NCBI GenBank assembly: GCA_964016885.1
Contig: OZ024742.1
Location: 2,542,001 to 2,606,000 of the forward strand
Source of the DNA: Eledone cirrhosa
Taxonomy: Eukaryota
Length of the DNA: 64,000 bases
Reading direction: 5' to 3'
Shown in pieces: positions 55,401 through 64,000 of this stretch. Made by a program: the position numbers and the translations under genes. Below the pieces are notes generated by a model, which saw only the letters and a list, made by a program, of their open reading frames with translations, did not search any database and was not told where the DNA came from. The stretch's first letter is position 1. The number at the start of each line of letters is the position of its first letter.

Positions 55401-58400
55401 ACTGGTAGTGAACAGTTAACACTGTAATACATCTCCAGGGTTAGAAGCTGAGATAAGGTGTGTTACCTTAGTTCACTGGTAGTGAACAGTTAACATTGTA
55501 ATACATCTCCAGTGCTAGAAGCTGAGATAAGGGGTGTTACCTTAGTTCACTGGTAGTGAACAGCTAACACTGTAATACATCTCCAGTGTTAGAAGCTGAG
55601 ATAAGGTGTATTACCTCAGTTCGCTGGTAGTAAACAACTAACACTGTAATACTTCTCCAGTGTTAGAAGAATAGATAAGTGGTGTTACCTCAGCACACTG
55701 TTAGTGAACAGCTAACACTGTAATACATCTCCAGTGTTAGAAGCTGAGATAAGGGGTGTTACCTCAGTTCACTGTTAGTGAACAGCTAACACTGTAATAG
55801 ATCTCCAGGGTTAGAAGCTCAGATACGGGGTGTTACCTCAGTTCAATGTTAGTGAACAGCTAACACTGTAATACATCTCTAGGGTATGAAGCTGAGATAA
55901 TGGGTGTTACCTCAGTTAACTGGTAGTGAACAGTTAACACTGTAATATTTCTCAAGTGTTGAAAACTGAGATAAGGGGTGTTACTTCAGTTCACTGGTAG
56001 TGAACAGCTAACACTAATACATCTCCAGTCTTAGAAGCTGAGATAAGGGGTGTTACCTCAGTTCATAAACCAGCGAACAACTAACACTGTAATACTTCTC
56101 CAGTGTGAGAAGCTGATATAAGTGGTGTTACCTCAGTTCACTGGTAGTGAACAGCTAACACTGTAATACTTCTCCAGTGTGAGAAGCTGAAATAAGGTGT
56201 GTTAGCTCAGTTCACCGGTAGTGAACAGCTAGCACTAATACAACTCCAGTGTTAGAAGCTGAGATAAGGGGTGTTACCTTAGTTCACTGGTAGTGAACAG
56301 CTAACACTGTAATACATCTCCAGTGTTAGAAGCTGAGATAAGGGGTGTTACCTCAGTTCATAAACCCACGAACAACTAACACTGTAACACATCTCCAGTG
56401 TTAGAAGCTGAGATAAGGGGTGTTACCTTAGTTCACTGGTAGTGAACAACTAACACTGTAATACTTATCCAGTGTTAGAAGCTGCGATAAGGGGTGTTAC
56501 CTCACTTCACTGGTAGTGAACAGCTAACACTGTAATACATCTCCAGTGTTAGAAGCTGAGATAAGGGGTGTTACCTCAGTTCACTGTTAGTGAACAGCTA
56601 ACACTGTAATACATCTCCAGGGTTAGAGGCTGAGATAAGGGGTGTTACCTCAGCTCACTGTTAGTGAACAGTTAACACTGTAATATTTCTCCAGTGTTGA
56701 AAGCTTAGATGAGGGTGTGTTACTTAAGTTCACTGGTAGTGAAAGGCTAGCACTAATACAACTCAAGTGTTAGAAGCTGAGATAAGGGGTGTTACCTCAG
56801 TTCACTCGTAGTGAACAGCTAGCACCAATACAACTCCAGTGTTAGAAGCTGAGATAAGGGGTGTCACCTCAGTTCACTGGAAGTGAACAGCTAACACTGT
56901 AATACATATCCAGTGTTAGAAGCTGAGATAAGGGGTGTTACCTCAGTTCATAAACCAGCGAACAACTAACACAGTAATACATCTCCAGTGTTAGAAGATG
57001 AGATAAGGAGTGTTACCTTAGTTCACTGGTAGTGAACAGTTAACACTTCATTACATCTCCAGTGTTAGAAGCTGAGATAAGGGGTTTTTCCTCAGTTCAA
57101 TGGTAGTGAACAGTTAACACTGTAATACATGTCACCGGTTAGAAGCTGTGATAAGGGGTGTTACCTTAGTTCACTGGTAATGAACAGTTAACGCTTTAAT
57201 ACATCTCCCGTGTTAGAAGCTGAGATAAGGGGTGTTACCTTAGTTCACTGGTAGTGAACAGCTAACACTGTAATACATCTCCAGTGTTAAAAGCTTAGAT
57301 AAGGTGTGTTACCTCAGCACACTGTTAGTGAACAGCTAACATTGTAATACTTCTCAAGTGTTAGAAGCTGAGATAAGGGGTGTTGCGTCAGTTAACTGGT
57401 AGTGAACATCTAACACTGTATTACATCTCCAGTGTTAGAAGCTGAGATAAGGGGTGTTACCTCAGTTCACTGGTAGTGAACAGTTAACACTGTAATACAT
57501 CTCCAGTGTTAGACGCTGAGATAAGGGGTGTTACCTGAGGTAACAGGTAGTGAACAGCTAACACTGTAATACATCTCCAGGGTTAGAAGCTTAGATAAGG
57601 GGTGTTACCTCAGCTCACTGTTAGTGAACAGCTAACAATGTAATACATCTCCAGTGTTAGAAGCTGAGATAAGGGTTGTTACCTCAGTTCACTGGAAGTG
57701 AACTGAGGTAACACTGTAATATTTCTTCAGTGTTGAAAGCTGAAAGAAGGGGTGTTACTTCAGTTCAATGGTAGTGAGCAGGTAACACTGTAATACATCT
57801 CCAGTGTTAGAAGCTGAAATACGGGGTGTTACCTCAGTTCACTGGTAGTGAACAGCTAACACTGTAATACATCTCCAGTGTTGAAAGCAGTGATAAGGGA
57901 TGTTGCCTCAGTTCACTGTTAGTGAATAGTTAACACTGTAATACTTCTCCAGTGTTGAAAGCAGAGATAAGGGGTGTTACCTCTGTTGACTGGTAGTGAA
58001 CAGCTAGGACTTATACGACTCCAGTGTTAGAAGCTGAGATAAGGGGTGTTACCTCACTTCACTGGTAGTGAGCAGGTAACACTGTAATACATCTCCAGTG
58101 TTAGAAGCTGAAATACGGGGTGTTACCTCAGTTCACTGGTAGTGAACAGCTAACACTGTATTACATCTCCAGTGTTAGAAGCTGAGATAAGGGGTGTTAC
58201 CTCAGTTCACCGGTAGTGAACAGCTAACACTGTATTACATCTCCAGTGTTAGAAGCTGAGATAAGGGGTGTTGCCTCAGTTCACTGGTAGTGAACAGCTA
58301 ACACTGTAATACATCTCCAGTGTTGAAAGCAGAGATAAGGGATGTTGCCTCAGTTCACTGTTACTGAATAGCTAACACTGTAATACTTCTCCAGTGTTGA

Positions 58401-61400
58401 AAGCAGAGATAAGGGGTGTTACCTCTGTTGACTGGTAGTGAACAGCTAACACTGTAATACATCTCCAGTGTTAAAAGCTGAGATAAGGGGTGTTACCTCA
58501 GTTTACTACCAGTGAACAGCTAACACTGTAATACATCTCGAGTGTTAGAAGCTGAGATAAGGGGTATTACCTTAGTTCACTGGCAGTGAACAGCTAACAC
58601 TAATACATCTATAGTGTTAGAAGCTGAGATAAGGGGTGTTACCTCAGTTCACTGATGGTGAACAGATAACACTGTAATACATCTCCAGGGTTAGAAGCTG
58701 AGATAATGGGTGTTACCTTAGTTCACTGGTAGTGAACAGTTAACACTGTAATACATATCCAGTGTTATAAGGTGAGATAAGGGGTGTTACCTCAGTTCAC
58801 TGGCAGTGAACAGCTAACACTAATAAATCTATAGTGTTAGAAGCTGAGATAAGGGGTGTTACTTCAGTTCACTGATAGTGAACAGCTAACACTGTAATAC
58901 ATCTCCAGGGTTAGAAGCTGAGATAATGGGTGTTACCTCAGTTCACTGGTAGTGAACAGCTAACACTGTAATACATCTCCAGTCTGAGAAGCAGAGATAA
59001 GGAGTGTTACCGCAGTTCACCCGCAGTGAACAGCTAACACTGTGATACATCTCCAGTGTTAAAAGCTGAGATAATGGGTGTTACCTCAGTTAACTGATAG
59101 TGAACAGTTAACACTGTAATATTTCTCCAGTGTTGAAAGCTGAGATAAGGGGTGTTACTTCAGTTCACTGGTAGTGAACAGTTAACACTGTAATACATCT
59201 CCAGGGTTAGAAGCTGAGATAAGGTGTGTTACCTTAGTTCACTGGTAGTGAACAGTTAACATTGTAATACATCTCCAGTGCTAGAAGCTGAGATAAGGGG
59301 TGTTACCTTAGTTCACTGGTAGTGAACAGCTAACACTGTAATACATCTCCAGTGTTAGAAGCTGAGATAAGGTGTATTACCTCAGTTCGCTGGTAGTAAA
59401 CAACTAACACTGTAATACTTCTCCAGTGTTAGAAGAATAGATAAGTGGTGTTACCTCAGCACACTGTTAGTGAACAGCTAACACTGTAATACATCTCCAG
59501 TGTTAGAAGCTGAGATAAGGGGTGTTACCTCAGTTCACTGTTAGTGAACAGCTAACACTGTAATAGATCTCCAGGGTTAGAAGCTCAGATACGGGGTGTT
59601 ACCTCAGTTCAATGTTAGTGAACAGCTAACACTGTAATACATCTCTAGGGTATGAAGCTGAGATAATGGGTGTTACCTCAGTTAACTGGTAGTGAACAGT
59701 TAACACTGTAATATTTCTCAAGTGTTGAAAACTGAGATAAGGGGTGTTACTTCAGTTCACTGGTAGTGAACAGCTAACACTAATACATCTCCAGTCTTAG
59801 AAGCTGAGATAAGGGGTGTTACCTCAGTTCATAAACCAGCGAACAACTAACACTGTAATACTTCTCCAGTGTGAGAAGCTGATATAAGTGGTGTTACCTC
59901 AGTTCACTGGTAGTGAACAGCTAACACTGTAATACTTCTCCAGTGTGAGAAGCTGAAATAAGGTGTGTTAGCTCAGTTCACCGGTAGTGAACAGCTAGCA
60001 CTAATACAACTCCAGTGTTAGAAGCTGAGATAAGGGGTGTTACCTTAGTTCACTGGTAGTGAACAGCTAACACTGTAATACATCTCCAGTGTTAGAAGCT
60101 GAGATAAGGGGTGTTACCTCAGTTCATAAACCCACGAACAACTAACACTGTAACACATCTCCAGTGTTAGAAGCTGAGATAAGGGGTGTTACCTTAGTTC
60201 ACTGGTAGTGAACAACTAACACTGTAATACTTATCCAGTGTTAGAAGCTGCGATAAGGGGTGTTACCTCACTTCACTGGTAGTGAACAGCTAACACTGTA
60301 ATACATCTCCAGTGTTAGAAGCTGAGATAAGGGGTGTTACCTCAGTTCACTGTTAGTGAACAGCTAACACTGTAATACATCTCCAGGGTTAGAGGCTGAG
60401 ATAAGGGGTGTTACCTCAGCTCACTGTTAGTGAACAGTTAACACTGTAATATTTCTCCAGTGTTGAAAGCTTAGATGAGGGTGTGTTACTTAAGTTCACT
60501 GGTAGTGAAAGGCTAGCACTAATACAACTCAAGTGTTAGAAGCTGAGATAAGGGGTGTTACCTCAGTTCACTCGTAGTGAACAGCTAGCACCAATACAAC
60601 TCCAGTGTTAGAAGCTGAGATAAGGGGTGTCACCTCAGTTCACTGGAAGTGAACAGCTAACACTGTAATACATATCCAGTGTTAGAAGCTGAGATAAGGG
60701 GTGTTACCTCAGTTCATAAACCAGCGAACAACTAACACAGTAATACATCTCCAGTGTTAGAAGATGAGATAAGGAGTGTTACCTTAGTTCACTGGTAGTG
60801 AACAGTTAACACTTCATTACATCTCCAGTGTTAGAAGCTGAGATAAGGGGTTTTTCCTCAGTTCAATGGTAGTGAACAGTTAACACTGTAATACATGTCA
60901 CCGGTTAGAAGCTGTGATAAGGGGTGTTACCTTAGTTCACTGGTAATGAACAGTTAACGCTTTAATACATCTCCCGTGTTAGAAGCTGAGATAAGGGGTG
61001 TTACCTTAGTTCACTGGTAGTGAACAGCTAACACTGTAATACATCTCCAGTGTTAAAAGCTTAGATAAGGTGTGTTACCTCAGCACACTGTTAGTGAACA
61101 GCTAACATTGTAATACTTCTCAAGTGTTAGAAGCTGAGATAAGGGGTGTTGCGTCAGTTAACTGGTAGTGAACATCTAACACTGTATTACATCTCCAGTG
61201 TTAGAAGCTGAGATAAGGGGTGTTACCTCAGTTCACTGGTAGTGAACAGTTAACACTGTAATACATCTCCAGTGTTAGACGCTGAGATAAGGGGTGTTAC
61301 CTGAGGTAACAGGTAGTGAACAGCTAACACTGTAATACATCTCCAGGGTTAGAAGCTTAGATAAGGGGTGTTACCTCAGCTCACTGTTAGTGAACAGCTA

Positions 61401-64000
61401 ACAATGTAATACATCTCCAGTGTTAGAAGCTGAGATAAGGGTTGTTACCTCAGTTCACTGGAAGTGAACTGAGGTAACACTGTAATATTTCTTCAGTGTT
61501 GAAAGCTGAGAGAAGGGGTGTTACTTCAGTTCAATGGTAGTGAGCAGGTAACACTGTAATACATCTCCAGTGTTAGAAGCTGAAATACGGGGTGTTACCT
61601 CAGTTCACTGGTAGTGAACAGCTAACACTGTAATACATCTCCAGTGTTGAAAGCAGTGATAAGGGATGTTGCCTCAGTTCACTGTTAGTGAATAGTTAAC
61701 ACTGTAATACTTCTCCAGTGTTGAAAGCAGAGATAAGGGGTGTTACCTCTGTTGACTGGTAGTGAACAGCTAGGACTTATACGACTCCAGTGTTAGAAGC
61801 TGAGATAAGGGGTGTTACCTCACTTCACTGGTAGTGAGCAGGTAACACTGTAATACATCTCCAGTGTTAGAAGCTGAAATACGGGGTGTTACCTCAGTTC
61901 ACTGGTAGTGAACAGCTAACACTGTATTACATCTCCAGTGTTAGAAGCTGAGATAAGGGGTGTTACCTCAGTTCACCGGTAGTGAACAGCTAACACTGTA
62001 TTACATCTCCAGTGTTAGAAGCTGAGATAAGGGGTGTTGCCTCAGTTCACTGGTAGTGAACAGCTAACACTGTAATACATCTCCAGTGTTGAAAGCAGAG
62101 ATAAGGGATGTTGCCTCAGTTCACTGTTACTGAATAGCTAACACTGTAATACTTCTCCAGTGTTGAAAGCAGAGATAAGGGGTGTTACCTCTGTTGACTG
62201 GTAGTGAACAGCTAACACTGTAATACATCTCCAGTGTTAAAAGCTGAGATAAGGGGTGTTACCTCAGTTTACTACCAGTGAACAGCTAACACTGTAATAC
62301 ATCTCGAGTGTTAGAAGCTGAGATAAGGGGTATTACCTTAGTTCACTGGCAGTGAACAGCTAACACTAATACATCTATAGTGTTAGAAGCTGAGATAAGG
62401 GGTGTTACCTCAGTTCACTGATGGTGAACAGATAACACTGTAATACATCTCCAGGGTTAGAAGCTGAGATAATGGGTGTTACCTTAGTTCACTGGTAGTG
62501 AACAGTTAACACTGTAATACATATCCAGTGTTATAAGGTGAGATAAGGGGTGTTACCTCAGTTCACTGGCAGTGAACAGCTAACACTAATAAATCTATAG
62601 TGTTAGAAGCTGAGATAAGGGGTGTTACTTCAGTTCACTGATAGTGAACAGCTAACACTGTAATACATCTCCAGGGTTAGAAGCTGAGATAATGGGTGTT
62701 ACCTTAGTTCACTGGTAGTGAACAGGTAACGATGTAATACGTTTCCAGTGTTAGAGGCTGGGATAAGGGGTGTTACCTCAGTTCACTGATAGTGAACAGC
62801 TAACACTGTAATACATCTCGAGTGTTAGAAGCTGAGATAAGGGGTGTTACCTCAGTCAACTGGTAGTGAACAGCTAACACTGTAATTCATCTCCAGTGTT
62901 AGAAGCTGAGATAAGGGGTTTACCTCAGTTCACTGGTATTGAAGAGCTAACACTGTAATACATCTCCAGTGTTAGAAGCTGAGATAAGGGGTGTTACCTC
63001 AGTTCACTGATAGTGAACAGCTAACACTGTAATACATCTCGAGTGTTAGAAGCTTAGATAAGGGGTGTTACCTCAGTTAACTGGTAGTGAACAGGTAACA
63101 ATGTAATACATTTCCAGTGTTAGAGGCTGGGATAAGGGGTGTTACCTCAGTTCACTGATAGTGAACAGCTAACACTGTAATACATCTCCAGTGTTAGATG
63201 CTGAGATAAGGGGTGTTACCTCAGTTTACTGGTAGTGAACAACTAACACTGTAATACATCTCGAGTGTTAGAAGCTTAGATAAGGGGTGTTAACTCAGTT
63301 CACTACCAGTGAACAGGTAACAATGTAATACATTTCCAGTGTTAGAGGCTGGGATAAGGGGTGTTACCTCAGTTCACTGATAGTAAACAGTTAACACTGT
63401 AATACATCTCCAGTGTTAGAAGCTGATATAAGGGGTGTTACCTTAGATAACTGGTAGTGAACATTTAACACTGCATTACATCTCAAGTGTTAGAAGCTGA
63501 GATAAGGGGTGTTACCTTAGTTCACTGGTATTGAACAGTTAACATTGTAATACATCTCCAGTGTTAGAAGCTGAGATAAGGGGTGTTACCTTAGTTCACT
63601 GGTAGTGAACAGCTAACACTGTAATACATCTCCAGGGTTAGAAGCTGAGATAAGGGGTGTTACCTCAGTTAACTGGTAGTGAACAGCTAACACTATAATA
63701 CGTCTCCAGTGTTAGAAGCTGAGATAAGGGGTGTTACCTCACTTCACTGGTAGTGGGCAGGTAACACTGTAACACATCTCCAGTGTTAGAAGCTGAGATA
63801 CGTGGTGTTACCTCAGTTCACTGCTAGTGAAAGGCTAGCACTGTAATACATCTCCAGTCTGAGAAGCAGAGATAAGGGGTATTACCTCAGCACACTCTTA
63901 GTGAACAGCTAACACTGTGATACATCTCCAGTGTTAAAAGCTGAGATAATGGGTGTTACCTCAGTTAACTGATAGTGAACAGTTAACACTGTAATATTTC
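52424..64000 (+). repeat. 74-bp tandem satellite, ~156 units, continuing past the window end
   Basis: Consensus ataaggggtgttacctcagttcactggtagtgaacagctaacactgtaatacatctccagtgttagaagctgag. Period measured as 52801 to 52875. Confidence 0.97.
55172..62703 (+). repeat. 3766-bp (51-monomer) higher-order repeat, two near-identical copies
   Basis: Rare variants recur at offset 3766: 55211/58977, 55671/59437 and 58801/62567. Confidence 0.92.

Noticed and set aside
52424-64000. CRISPR array
   Set aside because: Palindromic repeats are present but there are no unique spacers and no cas genes, and the context is eukaryotic.
52424-64000. Satellite monomer as a hammerhead ribozyme (minus strand has a three-way topology with CTGTTCA...GAA)
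   Set aside because: The catalytic core is wrong (A6 and G8 missing, no GAAA/UH), and the core-like bases are sequestered in the gttcact/agtgaac hairpin.
52424-64000. Repetitive protein-coding exon
   Set aside because: The 74-bp period is not a multiple of 3, and the ORF track shows no ORFs here.

Overview
Eukaryotic, gene-free, repeat-saturated 64 kb window, most likely from an octopod cephalopod (inferred from OK-type and other tRNA-derived SINEs and very dense (TA)n/(CA)n/(TC)n microsatellites). No host gene is supported. Positions 1-52 kb are nested transposon debris: several Penelope-like elements (PLEs; one C-rich Neptune-like copy and at least four Naiad-like copies or fragments), two CR1-type LINEs, an RTE fragment, two tandem Tx1/L1-type LINEs in (TATC)n, two non-autonomous Helitrons, a hATm-like remnant, SINEs and three foldback elements. 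About ten hammerhead-ribozyme-like motifs can be read by eye, several with the U3:A8 compensatory core. Positions 52.4-64 kb are a 74-bp, internally palindromic satellite (about 156 units, with a 3766-bp higher-order duplication). It starts exactly at the stop codon of a 5'-truncated R4/Dong-like RLE retrotransposon, so it appears to be that element's amplified 3'UTR. All calls were made by eye; coordinates are approximate where stated.
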